Of a stretch of 64,000 bases of DNA, positions 20,629 to 31,374 are shown piece after piece (position 1 is the stretch's first letter; every line of letters starts with the position of its first letter). Source of the DNA: an uncultured Planctomycetota bacterium (GTDB lineage Bacteria; Planctomycetota; Planctomycetia; Isosphaerales; Isosphaeraceae); contig CAWGMQ010000005.1 of NCBI GenBank assembly GCA_963823665.1, forward strand, positions 1,568,001 through 1,632,000. The letters are read 5' to 3'. Both the position numbers and the translations under genes were made by a program. Under the pieces are notes generated by a model, which did not search any database, had not been told where the DNA came from, and saw only the letters and a list, made by a program, of their open reading frames with translations.

Positions 20629-22383
20629 ATGAACGATGAACAGAAGGAACAACTTGTCCAGACGCTCGCGCGAGGGGCAGCCCGTCTGCGGGAAGCCGGG
20701 CTGCCGGCCGAGCTGACGTCCACCCTGGAACGCCTCGCCAGGCAAGTGGACGACCCCTGTGTGCTCGCCGTGGTCGGGCGTGTGAATGCGGGCAAGAGCA
20801 CGTTCGTCAACGCGCTCCTGGGCGAGGATCTCGCCAGGGTAGGAGCGGAGGAGACGACGGCGACGATCAACCGCTTTCGCTATGGCACTCCCGCCGATCC
20901 CGAGCGACCCGTCCGCTGCCGCTGGCGGGATGGTCGGAACAAGGATGATGGTTGGGACGAGTATGTCAGCCGCGCTGACCTGGACAGCCTGCAGGGCAAC
21001 GACATCGAGGCTCTGCGCCGCGCCGACGGGATCGAGTACCTCGAGTTCCTGCTCCCCAATCCCTATCTGAAGGATGTCACCCTCGTGGACACGCCCGGCA
21101 CCCAGGCCGTCGTGCAGGAACACCAGAACCGTACGGCGGAGTTCCTGAATCTCCAGCACCAGCTCCGCGACCGCAACCCGGAAACACAACCGATCGGCAG
21201 CGACGCGGACGCGGTCATTTACCTCGTCGGTCCGGTGCCGCGCAAGACCGACCAAGCGATCCTGGAGGAGTTCACCCACGCCACCGGCGGCCGCTCCCGG
21301 GCCCTGAACACCATCGGCGTCATGGCCAAGATCGATTTGCAACCCGAAATCCTCACCAGGAGGATGGAGCTTGCGGCCAAAATGTCCGAGCAGCTCCGGG
21401 ACAGCCTGAACACGGTCGTGCCCGTCTCTGCCGGCATCTACCGGACCCTCGAGCAGCTCCGGGCCAATCACAACGCGGAGTTGATCCGCTTGATCACCAC
21501 GCTCCGCCGGATCCCCGCAAAGCGACTGGCGAAGCTTCTCGACGACAACGAGCTTTACCTGGGAGAGTACCCTGATTGCCCCGTGACCGTCGAAGAACGA
21601 GAGCAACTGCTGGGGAAGACGGACTGGCGCGTCTTTACCACGGTGGCCCGGCTGGCAGCCGATCCCGACTTGAGCGAACAGGCCATCATCGAGCAGCTCG
21701 ACGAGCTCGCCGGCTTCGGACCCCTCCAGAAAGTGCTGGAGCTCCACTTCTTCCAGCGGGCCCGATTCCTGCGGTGCTATCGCATTGCCAGCGACGCTCG
21801 GAAACACGTGAACGACATCCGCTACAAGCATCTGCCGGAGTTCCGCAAGTGGGATCGGCCCGAGATCGCCAGGCGGGACCGGTTGCTGGGGTTTGTTCGC
21901 TCCGCGAGCGGTGACCCGACGGTGGCCAGGGAATTGGAGGATTTTATCTCCGCGCACTTCGGCGCGGCCGGACGTGCAAACCGGCTGGAAGCGGCCGTGA
22001 AGGAAGTGGATCGCGAGCTGGCGACACTTTTCCACGAGATGGAAGAGTACAACGCCGACTTCGAGGCTCTGAAAGAAATCGACAAGACTCTGGAAGAAAT
22101 CGACAAATGCGGGCAGTTGTTTCTCTCTGCCGAGCTCGACGAGCTCCGCTGCTTGTTCGGCCAGTATGGGGTCGATCTGGAAAAGCGGCTACCCTCCGGT
22201 CGAGCCACCGTTGCGTACGCGAGCGAACGCCAGCAGGCGTGGAGGGAAGCCTCCCTGCGTGCCAGAGATCCTGTTCGAGCTCGGGTGGCAGAACGTGCGC
22301 AGGCCCGGTACGGCCTGATCTTGTACGAGATGACGAAAAAGCGCGGACTGAATGCCGAGCAGAAGAATCCTTCCCATCTTTGA
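20629..22383 (+). CDS. Second bacterial dynamin-like GTPase (IniC-like)
   Basis: 'GRVNAGKST', 'ETTAT', 'DTPG', 'AKID'; C-terminal 'LRCLFG..G..RL...QQAWRE' resembling IniC-type tails. Confidence 0.88.
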   Translation: MNDEQKEQLVQTLARGAARLREAGLPAELTSTLERLARQVDDPCVLAVVGRVNAGKSTFVNALLGEDLARVGAEETTATINRFRYGTPADPERPVRCRWRDGRNKDDGWDEYVSRADLDSLQGNDIEALRRADGIEYLEFLLPNPYLKDVTLVDTPGTQAVVQEHQNRTAEFLNLQHQLRDRNPETQPIGSDADAVIYLVGPVPRKTDQAILEEFTHATGGRSRALNTIGVMAKIDLQPEILTRRMELAAKMSEQLRDSLNTVVPVSAGIYRTLEQLRANHNAELIRLITTLRRIPAKRLAKLLDDNELYLGEYPDCPVTVEEREQLLGKTDWRVFTTVARLAADPDLSEQAIIEQLDELAGFGPLQKVLELHFFQRARFLRCYRIASDARKHVNDIRYKHLPEFRKWDRPEIARRDRLLGFVRSASGDPTVARELEDFISAHFGAAGRANRLEAAVKEVDRELATLFHEMEEYNADFEALKEIDKTLEEIDKCGQLFLSAELDELRCLFGQYGVDLEKRLPSGRATVAYASERQQAWREASLRARDPVRARVAERAQARYGLILYEMTKKRGLNAEQKNPSHL

Positions 22384-22475
22384 CGCTCTCGCCCTTACGG
22401 AACGCGACAGGCCCGCGTCCGCACCTTGAGAAAGCCAAACATTCCCTTGATTTCGATCAATGGAGAGGAATCGCC

Positions 22476-23138
22476 ATGGAACTCAGAGACCTCGTGCCGA
22501 TCATCGTCGTTACGTCGATTGTCGGGGTAGTCGTGGTCGTTATTGCAGGGCTATGGAGAGTCTACGAAAAGGCTGGCGAGCCGGGTTGGAAAGTGCTGGT
22601 GCCGATCTATAACTCCGTCGTACTGCTCCGCATTGTGGGAATGAGCGGATGGTGGGTCCTTCCTCTGCTCATTCCGTACGTGGGCATCGTTGTGTCGATC
22701 ATTTTGTCGATCATCGTGTTTATCAAGCTGGCACGCGCCTTCGGCAAGGGAGGCGGATTCGCCATGGGCTTGATCTTGCTGGGGTTTGTGTTCATTCCGA
22801 TCCTGGGATTTGGTTCAGCCACGTATCTGTGCCCCGATGGCTCAGGTGCGCGGGAACACATTGATTCGTGCGCGGATGAAGACGAAGAGGAACGGGAAAG
22901 TCGCCCCCGAAAAGCCAGAAGCCGACGTGATGCCGATGAAGACGAGGGGGAAGAGGAGGCAGAGCGTCCGCGAAGAACGAGTACGCTTACGGCCCGTGCT
23001 TCCGCGCCATCAAAAACCGCTGCTGGTAAGGCGACCGTGGTCCGATGCATCGGTTGCGAACAACGTTTGCGCGTACCGTGGGATGTAGTCGGCAAAAAGG
23101 TCAAATGTCCCCAATGCGAGAATGTGTTTGTGGCCTGA
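22476..23138 (+). CDS. DUF5684-like membrane protein with acidic linker and C-terminal Zn-ribbon
   Basis: 'LWRVYEKAGEPGWKVLVPIYN', 'LARAFGKGGGFAMGL', 'ILGFGSATY'; 'CIGC...CPQC'; SD 'gagagga'. Confidence 0.85.
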   Translation: MELRDLVPIIVVTSIVGVVVVVIAGLWRVYEKAGEPGWKVLVPIYNSVVLLRIVGMSGWWVLPLLIPYVGIVVSIILSIIVFIKLARAFGKGGGFAMGLILLGFVFIPILGFGSATYLCPDGSGAREHIDSCADEDEEERESRPRKARSRRDADEDEGEEEAERPRRTSTLTARASAPSKTAAGKATVVRCIGCEQRLRVPWDVVGKKVKCPQCENVFVA

Positions 23139-23299
23139 AGCACCCTGCGATTTCAGGCCCGCGATTCCGCTTGTGCTGCTGCTGACGCCAGGATTAACAG
23201 CACGGCGCAAGGGACACTTTGCTGTTCACGATTGCCCTCAAGTCGGACTTTGAAGCTCTGGCGATCTGTAGTCTGGCTTGGTCTTTTGGGCCGGTCAGG

Positions 23300-24913
23300 C
23301 TAGGTCGGAGCAGGATTCGCTTGCGAGGTGGCCGCGAGGATGAGCGTGGCGGCGAGCACCTCGACGTCGGCGTCCTTGGGCAGGGTGAGGCTGCGAACCG
23401 TCTTGGTGGGATCCAGCGTGAACGTGTACACGGAGACGCGGAACCGCCCGGGCTGTTTCCTCCCGCGCGCCGTGTCGCGATAGTTGGTCAAGAGCGCCGT
23501 CGACTCCCCGGCGTACCGCTTCGGCGTGGCCCAGTTGCTGATCGACTGCTTGAACGTCGCCCTGGTCCCGTCCGTGTAAGTTACGGTGAAGGTCCGCCTC
23601 GGCTGGTTGCGGTTGACGGCGATCGCTAGCAGCTTCAGCGCGGCGTCATTGCCCGCCGGCAGGTCGATGGTCTGCCCGGCGGCACTGACGACGTCGGAGG
23701 CGTCAGCGGGCCCGATGCCGAAGGTGGCGCCGCCGGCGGTGAGGCTGGGCCCGAGCAGGTTGGACGAGAGATCATGCCCTTGGCGGTCGAGGCCGCCCCC
23801 GCGGAATTTCGTCACGTCGACCGCGATCCCCGTCCGGTTGAACGTGGAGGATAGGTTGACCGGCTGCTGCCCCACGACTGTCGGCAGCAGGCCAAAGACG
23901 GCGACTCCGTCAGCCGTGGCCACGTAGACCTTGCCATTGGCGATCGTCGGCGTGATGAATTTGTTCGACGGGCCGACCGAGTCGCGACCGTTGGACGCCT
24001 GATTGCTGTTATGCCGAGAGGTTGTAGATATTCCCGGCGGCGTCGGCCGCGGGCTCGCCTCCGCTGTTCCAGAACGAGTTGCCCGAGCCGTCGGTGAGAA
24101 ACGAACCGGTGGGCGCGCCGTTCGGGTCGATGTTGAGGACAGAGGCCACGCTCAGGTTGTTCGCGTTGAAGCCAATGATCCAGCCCGTGTAGGGCGCGAC
24201 GTCGGAGTGCGAGGCCCAATTCGTGTAGACGACGCCGTTGACCAGGAGCAGCGCATCGCGCTCCTTGTACTGCATCGGGTTGAAGATCACGTCGGTCCCG
24301 TTGCCGCCGGGCCCGGCGCCCGGATACGTGATCGACTGGTCGATCGACCTGGGCGCGACCTTGTCGGCGCCCGTCGTGATGTCCAGCGCGTGGATTCGCT
24401 GGATGTACGTGGTGGTGTTCCTCGAGACCAGCTTGCTCATCGCCGCGACGTACATGGTGTCCGTATTGAGGTCGATCACCGGCGTGGCCGTGATGCCGAT
24501 CTCGGGCGTCACCTGGCTTCCGTGGACCGGGTCGGAGGGAACCTCCCCGGTCCGAGCATCGAGACCTGCCAGAGCTTCGCTCCTGTGTCGGCGTCGAAAG
24601 CGTAGACGCTGTCGTTCTCGGTCGCGACGTAAAGGACGTTGTGCGTGCCCTGCCCCGGGATCGAGACCCCGGCCACGTACAAGGGCTGGGCGTCGACCTT
24701 GCCGTCGACGGTGTCGAAGCCCAGCTTGCCGAAGGTCGACACGTTCACGTTACCCGGCGTCAGTATCGTCTCGCTCGAATCGACGCCGCTCCGGGCGTTG
24801 TCGTTGTGGTAAGTCAGGACATCCGCCGAAAACAACCGGCGATTCTCCAAGGCCCCGACCAAAGGTCGGAACCGAGTCACGGTGCGAGACTTCGTGGTGA
24901 CTCTTCGGCGCAT
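23300..24913 (-). pseudogene. Secreted PQQ-like beta-propeller + carbohydrate-binding-like domain protein, frameshifted (~24545) and internally deleted (~24015)
   Basis: 'ALENRRLFS' export motif, 'DVLTYHNDNARSG', 'IGITATPVID', 'KFITPTIANGKVYV' spread over three frames. Confidence 0.65.
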
Positions 24914-25153
24914 GGTGGCTCCATTACGTTCCCGTAAAACCGATCGGCGTAGTCAACCTCGGCCAGATGCCGCGGCATGTGGGTGGCCGCTCAAGTGAGC
25001 CGTTCACGTAAGGTAGCCGCCGTTTGGGGGTTGATGTCAAATCAACTCTAGCCGTTCTTCGTGGAGTGGACATAGCCTTCTGCACCGCCGGCGCTCGGGG
25101 ATGGTGTTGCGGCTGCGAACCGACTGTGCGCACGAGGGGGGCGCCGTTTGTTC

Positions 25154-25633
25154 TCAGGCTTGGTCCCGGAAGCGGCACTTCGAGCCGGCAGGTATCGTTC
25201 CAAACGTACGCTGGCTGATTTCTTTTTTTTGGATTTTGGGTTTCGGAAAGGGCTGGACCAAGGAAACACGATTCAATTCATTCCGATCGGGCGGGAGATT
25301 GCCATCCCATTCGACGCAACCGAATGAGCGGCGCAGAACATAAAGCAAGTTGACCAAGAACTGATCGGGGCCATCTTCCGCGAGGATGCGTCGCGCGCCT
25401 GCGATCCATTGGTCGTCGGCAATGAATTTTGGGTATTCACCGATGCCTGCATAGATGGGGTTCATCACGATTCCCCTGATGCCGGCCTCACCGAATTTGG
25501 CGGGGTCGTCGCCGCCCTCGGGAACGCTCACGCTTGGCCGTGGCAGCGGGGCTGGACGTTCGTCGTCGCCGCCCGGAATACCACTTCCCATATCGTCCGC
25601 AGGCGGAATGCCTCGGCCGGTGTTTTTCGCCAT
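25154..25633 (-). CDS. Small hypothetical protein, copy 1 (reads through the point where copy 2 stops)
   Basis: SD 'aaggag', ATG 25633; near-identical to 27011..27367. Confidence 0.7.
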   Translation of the reverse strand: MAKNTGRGIPPADDMGSGIPGGDDERPAPLPRPSVSVPEGGDDPAKFGEAGIRGIVMNPIYAGIGEYPKFIADDQWIAGARRILAEDGPDQFLVNLLYVLRRSFGCVEWDGNLPPDRNELNRVSLVQPFPKPKIQKKEISQRTFGTIPAGSKCRFRDQA

Positions 25634-25646
25634 CGCCCACTCCTTC
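25281..25646. repeat. 366-bp direct repeat, copy 1
   Basis: Colinear, highly similar to 27015..27380. Confidence 0.95.
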
Positions 25647-26112
25647 ATTTGCCGGTCAACCGAGAGTCGAAACGGAAACGGGATGGTTTACCAACATGAA
25701 GCTCAGGAAACTCAGCATGGCGAGGATTCACGAGGTAATTAAACTCTGCAGGAACCAGCACGCTGGGAACCTGGAGCACCACGGAAGACTTGCCTGCGAT
25801 CCAGGCATCGCCAATTGCCCTGAGTTTTGCTGGAAGCGGATCGGACCTCCAGTTTCTCCCCAAGCGCGCTCGGTCTACACGCGAGACGAAACATTCGTCG
25901 ATGCCTACCTCGATGACGACGTAGCTTTGAAGCAACTCGGCGGCATCCAAGTGGACTAGCATGTCGAGGGCCGCCAACGCCTGGGATTGAGCCAGATAGA
26001 CCATGCTCACGCCCGGAGAGTTCCAGCGACCGCCGAACCGCCGCGCGCCCTCTCCGCTCAATGCACTCCTGCCATGTTTTTGCTTGACGATGCGCCAAGC
26101 ACTGACGATCAA
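25645..26112 (-). CDS. RES-domain toxin (MbcT/ParT-like)
   Basis: 'SGEGARRFGGRWNSPG..VY', 'LQVPSVLVP.E.NYLVNPRH'; TTG start overlaps the antitoxin stop. Confidence 0.9.
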   Translation of the reverse strand: MIVSAWRIVKQKHGRSALSGEGARRFGGRWNSPGVSMVYLAQSQALAALDMLVHLDAAELLQSYVVIEVGIDECFVSRVDRARLGRNWRSDPLPAKLRAIGDAWIAGKSSVVLQVPSVLVPAEFNYLVNPRHAEFPELHVGKPSRFRFDSRLTGK

Positions 26113-26594
26113 GTGAAAACTCCGTACTCGAGGCGGCCAATCAGATCGAGAACTTCTCGAGCCCCTAGTTCGGTACGGGCGTAGGTCAAGGGGCTCTGCT
26201 GGCCCAAGGCCTTCTTGGGAGTTCTCAGCCACGCGAGGGCGGCAGGCACGTCGCCCTCGAACAAACCGACCGTTTTCTCAAAAACCGTGGCTATCCGGAG
26301 CAGGCGCTCCGACTCATCGGGCGCCAGCTTGCCGGCGACCCGACGTCGGGCAAATGTTCGTGCGGGAATCCCGATGATCGAGGCGATTTCGGAGGCCGTC
26401 ATGCCGCTCATTGCCTCGAGAGAGACCAGAGCCTTGAACGGCAGGCCGTGCTGGACCTGTTCGATGAGCTGATCAGTCCGGGACACCTTCAATCCCAAAC
26501 TGGAGCCCAGTGTATTAAAGGAGACATGTGGCCTTCGGCCGGGCTTTCGAATGTCGAGCGTGCTCATGATCCTCAGCGTACTCCCTACTGCCAT
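26109..26594 (-). CDS. Xre/MbcA/ParS-family antitoxin
   Basis: 'GLPFKAL', 'GIPARTFARR', 'L..DESERLLR', 'WLRTPKKALG', 'GAREV..LIGRLEYG'. Confidence 0.9.
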   Translation of the reverse strand: MAVGSTLRIMSTLDIRKPGRRPHVSFNTLGSSLGLKVSRTDQLIEQVQHGLPFKALVSLEAMSGMTASEIASIIGIPARTFARRRVAGKLAPDESERLLRIATVFEKTVGLFEGDVPAALAWLRTPKKALGQQSPLTYARTELGAREVLDLIGRLEYGVFT

Positions 26595-27010
26595 GATGTC
26601 AAGGCGTGCCCGCCAGATGGCAGATCGCCCCTCAAGCGCATTTCCTGCACGCGATTCTGCACGCGAATCTTTGAGCCCTCACGTCGGGCGGCTTTTTCCA
26701 ACGGCAAGGGTATCGACGATGAAGGCCTTCTGGAATGATTGCGGGCGCGGACCTGCGTCTGAGTCTGCGAAAGGGGTCGATCTTGCGTGCATCTCGCCGG
26801 GATTGACCAGGAACAGGGCGTCGCGGCGGGTTCGCTGCATGGTGTTGAGGTTGAGAGCGAACTCGGGTCGCAATGCTGACTCTACCGGGTTTTCGGCGTC
26901 GGTTCCGGCTTTGCGGAGCCACCGAGAAGCTTGGTGACCCGGCCCCGGGCATCAATCCAGCGCAGGCGCACCAAGTGGGCAAAAAGCTCGCGCGGAGGCA
27001 ACCTGGTCCG

Positions 27011-27367
27011 TTAGTTCCGATCGGGCGGAAGATTGCCGTCCCACTCGACGCAACCGAATGAGCGGCGCAGAACATAGAGTAAGTTTACCAGGAACTGATC
27101 GGGGCCATCTTCCGCGAGGATGCGTCGCGCGCCTGCGATCCATTGGTCGTCGGCAATGAATTTTGGGTATTCACCGATGCATGTATAGATGGGGTTCATC
27201 ACGATTCCCCTGATGCCGGCCTCACCGAATTTGGCGGGGTCGTCGCCGCGCTCGGGAACGCGCACGTTTGGCCGTGGCAGTGGAGCTGGACGCTCATCAT
27301 CGCCGCCCCTAGCACGACTTCCCCGATCGCCCGCAGGGGGAATTCCTCGCCCGGTCTTTTTCGCCAT
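27011..27367 (-). CDS. Small hypothetical protein, copy 2
   Basis: SD 'aaggag'; ends NLPPDRN-TAA. Confidence 0.7.
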   Translation of the reverse strand: MAKKTGRGIPPAGDRGSRARGGDDERPAPLPRPNVRVPERGDDPAKFGEAGIRGIVMNPIYTCIGEYPKFIADDQWIAGARRILAEDGPDQFLVNLLYVLRRSFGCVEWDGNLPPDRN

Positions 27368-27380
27368 CACTTACTCCTTC
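27015..27380. repeat. 366-bp direct repeat, copy 2
   Basis: Colinear, highly similar to 25281..25646. Confidence 0.95.
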
Positions 27381-27624
27381 GCCGCATTGGTAAGCCGCCG
27401 GGACGTCTCGAAGAATAATCGACGGGGCCTGTCGGTTCCGAGCGGCAATCGACTATTTATCAGTGTACCGAGGCCCAAACCGTCGGTGGTAACGCCGACC
27501 TCCATTCTCCCTTCTGACAACGGCCTCGGAAAACCAGATCGCAGAATGCGGTCATCGAGCGGACCTGAGGCGTTGGTCGTCTCGGCCCGCCGGTCGCCGT
27601 CCGCCACGATCAAGGACTCCCGCC

Positions 27625-30600
27625 ATGAAGAAGCCCTGGTTCCACCTTGCGCGTTCCGCCCGCCCGAGCACGTCCTCCCATCGCCGCGCCGCCCGCCGGC
27701 GCCGTCCTGCGATCGAGAACCTGGAGGGCCGCGAGCTCCTCACGACCTTCGCCGTCAGCAATACGGCGGACAGCGGAGGAGGCAGCCTCCGCCAGGCCAT
27801 CATCAATTCGGACAACACCCCTGCCCCGTCGACCAGCCCCAACATCATCGCGTTCCAGGGCCTGGTCAACGTCGCGCAAATCCAGCTCCAGTCCGCGCTG
27901 CCGGTGATCTCTCAGCCGGTGATCATCGACGGGACCACCGAGGGGAGCTACAACGGCACCCACCCCTTCGTCCAGCTCATCGGCAACTACGCGGGCGGCT
28001 CGGCGCTTGGCCTGGACATCACCGCGTCGGGCACCCAGGTGAAGGCCCTGGCCATCGACGGCTTCAATGCCGGCGGCGTGCTCATCGACAACGCCTCGAA
28101 CGTCGTCCTCGACCACGACTACGTCGGCATTGACACCGCCAACAACGCGACGGGCGGTGATGTGAATGGAAATGTCATCTACGAGGGTAACGGCGTCTAC
28201 GGCGTGACGATCCAGAGCGAGAACGGCGGCGCGGCCACCGGCGACGTCCTCTCGAGCGATATCGTCTCGGCCAACAGCTACAACGGCATCATCCTCTCGG
28301 GCACGGGAACCACGAAGAACGTGGTCAGCGGGACGATCATCGGGTCGGATAACACCGGCGCAGCCGTGGTGGACGACCCGGGCAACGCCTTGGGCAACGG
28401 CCAGCACGGCGGCGGCGGCAGTGGTGTCGTCATCAACGGAGGGGCGTCGTACAACACGATCGGCGGCACGACGGCCGCCGCCCGCGATGTCATCCTGGGC
28501 AACAAGAGCTACGGCGTTTACATCACCGACGGCAACACGCTCCACAACGTGATCGAGGGCGACGTCATCGGCACCGACATCACCGGCCTGCACTCCGTCG
28601 ACGGCGCCGGCCGCTCCTACGGCAACGGCGCCGGCGGCGTGGCGATCGTTGTCGGCGCGTCCTACAACGTCGTCAGCGGCACTGCAGCGGCCCCCGAGGT
28701 CATCTCGGGCAACGTGGGCGATGGCGTCCTGATTTCCGGAGAGGGTTACGATAACCAGGTCTCCGGCGTCTTCATCGGCACGGACATCAACGGCGAGAAC
28801 GCCCTCCCGAACTCCGGCGACGGCGTGGCCGTCAACTCCGCTGCCTTCGGCAACCACATCGGCCTCACCGGGCGCGGGCCAACGTCATCTCGGGCAACAC
28901 GGGCAACGGCGTGAGCCTCACCGGCTTCGACACCGATCAGAACTTCGTCGAGAACAACCTCATCGGGATCGACGCTGGCGGCACGACCTCACTGGGCAAC
29001 GGCCAGGATGGCGTGCTGGTGTCCGGACAGGCGTCGTCCAACTTCATCGGCTACGCGGCCGCCGGCACCCGCAACGTGATCTCGGGCAACAAGACCTGGG
29101 GTGTCTACATCTCCGACTCCGGCACCGATTATAACACGGTCGCCAACGATTACATCGGGACCAACGCCGCTGGCACTGCCGCCGTACCCAATACGAATAA
29201 CGGCCTGGATCTCGTGTTCGGGGCCCAGTACAACACCGTCGGCGGGACGACCGTTGCCGCTCGCAACCTGATCTCGGGCAACCTCCACGAGGGCGTCCTG
29301 ATCGGCTTCGCCGGCACGGCGAACAACCTAGTCGAGGGCAACTTCATCGGCACCGACGCCACGGGCGAGCACTTCCTGATCAGCCAGCAGCAGCTCGACG
29401 GAGTTTACGTCGGCCTGGGGGCGGGCAGCAACACTATCGGCGGGCAGAATCCCGTCGGCGCCTGGAATACCGCCGCGTGGAACGTCATCTCGGGCAACAG
29501 CGTCAACGGCATCCTGGTCACCGATAGCGGCACGACAGGCCCTTCGATATCGGGCAACTTCATCGGGACCGACGCCACCGGCACCGCCGCCCTGCCCAAC
29601 GGCGGCAACGGCATCACGATCGCCGCCGGGACCTCGAGCACCACCGTCGGTGCCGAGACGTCCGGCTATTCGAACCTGAACGTCATCTCGGGCAATCTGG
29701 GCGACGGCGTCTCGATCACGTCCTCGCAGGGCAACAATCTCAGCTTCAACTACATCGGCGTCGATCTCAACAACCAGAAGTCGTTGCCCAATCACGGCAA
29801 CGGCGTCTCCATCCACGCGTCGTCCGGCAATCGCGTGAACCTGGACGTGATCCGCAACAACGGCGGCTACGGCATCCTGACCGACACCGGGGCGAACCAC
29901 AACGCCTGGTACTACGATTCCATCTATAACAACACGGCGGGAGGGATCGCCCAGCCAACCAATGCCACGCCCCAGCCGGCACCGGTCCTGACGTCGGCGA
30001 CCGTCACCAACGGGCAGACCACGATCACCGGGAAAGTCACCGGCTCGCCCTACCACAACACCGGTCTGATCATCCAGTTCTACGCCAGCCCGGCCGCGGG
30101 GACGCCGGCCGCCGCCCAGGGCCTGACCTACATCGGCTCCGTGACGGCAACGACTGACGCCAGCGGCAACGCGTCGTTCACCACGACTTTGGCCAACACG
30201 GTCGTCCCCGGACAGATCATCACGGCCACGGCTGACTTCAACGTGACGTCCACCTCGAACTTCAGCAACGCGGAGACCGTCGTCGGGGTGGCCAGCGCCT
30301 CGTTCATCGCCACGGATACGTCGACGGAGGGCTCGTGGCGCAACGCCTACGGGGCCGACGGCCACGACATCGCCGGCGATACCAGTGCCGCCAACCCCAA
30401 GCTTCCCTCCTACGCCACCCTGGGGATCACGGGGGCCTCGACCTATACCTGGACCACCAGCACCACCGACGTCCGCGCCCTGCAGAACGCCGCCAACACC
30501 GGCCGGATCGCCGCGGCGTGGTACTCGAGCACCTCGATGAGCTTCAACCTGAACCTCAACGACGGCCAGTCGCATGAGGTCTCGCTCTACGCCGTGGACT

Positions 30601-31316
30601 GGGACAACAAGGGTCGGAGCGAGGAGGTCCAGATCATCGACCCGACGACGGGGAAGGTTCTCGACACGGAGGCGATTGGCCACTTCCAGGGCGGTGCGTA
30701 CCTCTCATGGGACCTCTCGGGAAACGTGGTGATCAAGGTCACCGACCTCAGCGGCCCCAACGCGGTCGTCAGCGGCCTGTTCCTCGGAGGCAAGCCGGCG
30801 ACCGCCGCGGGTTCCAGCGCCACGTTCCTGGCAACGAATACGACGACGGAGGGAAGCTGGCACGGGGTCTACGGCACTGACGGCTACGACATCGCCGGCG
30901 ATACCAGCGCTGCCAACCCCAAGCTTCCCTCCTACGCGACCCTGGGGATCACCGGGGCCTCGAACTATACCTGGGCCGGCAGCACCACCGACCTCCGCGC
31001 ACTTCAGAACGCCGCCAACACCGGCCGGATCGCCGCAACGTGGTACTCGAGCACCTCGCTGAGCTTCAATCTGAACCTGACCGATGGCAAGGTGCACAAG
31101 GTCTCGCTCTACGCCGTGGACTGGGACAGCACGGTGCGCAGCGAGGAGGTCCAGATCATCGACGCGGCGACGGGGACCGTCCTCGACACGGAGACGCTCA
31201 GCTCCTTCCACGGAGGCGAGTATCTTTCGTGGAATCTGACGGGCAAGGTGGTGATCAAGGTCACGAACCTGAACCCGAATAGCAACGCCGTCGTCAGCGG
31301 GCTGTTCTTCGGCTGA
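27625..31316 (+). CDS. Large secreted parallel beta-helix repeat protein with two tandem C-terminal domains; frameshift near 28870
   Basis: 'IENLEGRELL' export motif, 'DSGGGSLRQAI', repeated 'NVISGN..GV' and 'GNFIGTDATG'; ORFs 27625 and 28911 join. Confidence 0.85.
30291..31313 (+). repeat. Intragenic tandem duplication of a ~165-aa domain
   Basis: 30291-~30790 and 30813-31313 share near-identical DNA ('EGSW...DIAGDTSAANPKLPSYATLGITGAS...NAVVSGLF'). Confidence 0.9.
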
Positions 31317-31374
31317 TCGATCGTCCCGGTCGGCACCGATGGCGAAATGAGGCGGGGCCCCGACGGGCGCCGCC

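Noticed and set aside
14850..23138. Labelling the operon as Eleos (LeoABC) or iniBAC
   Set aside because: Only general dynamin similarity is visible; gene content differs and no HMM search could be run
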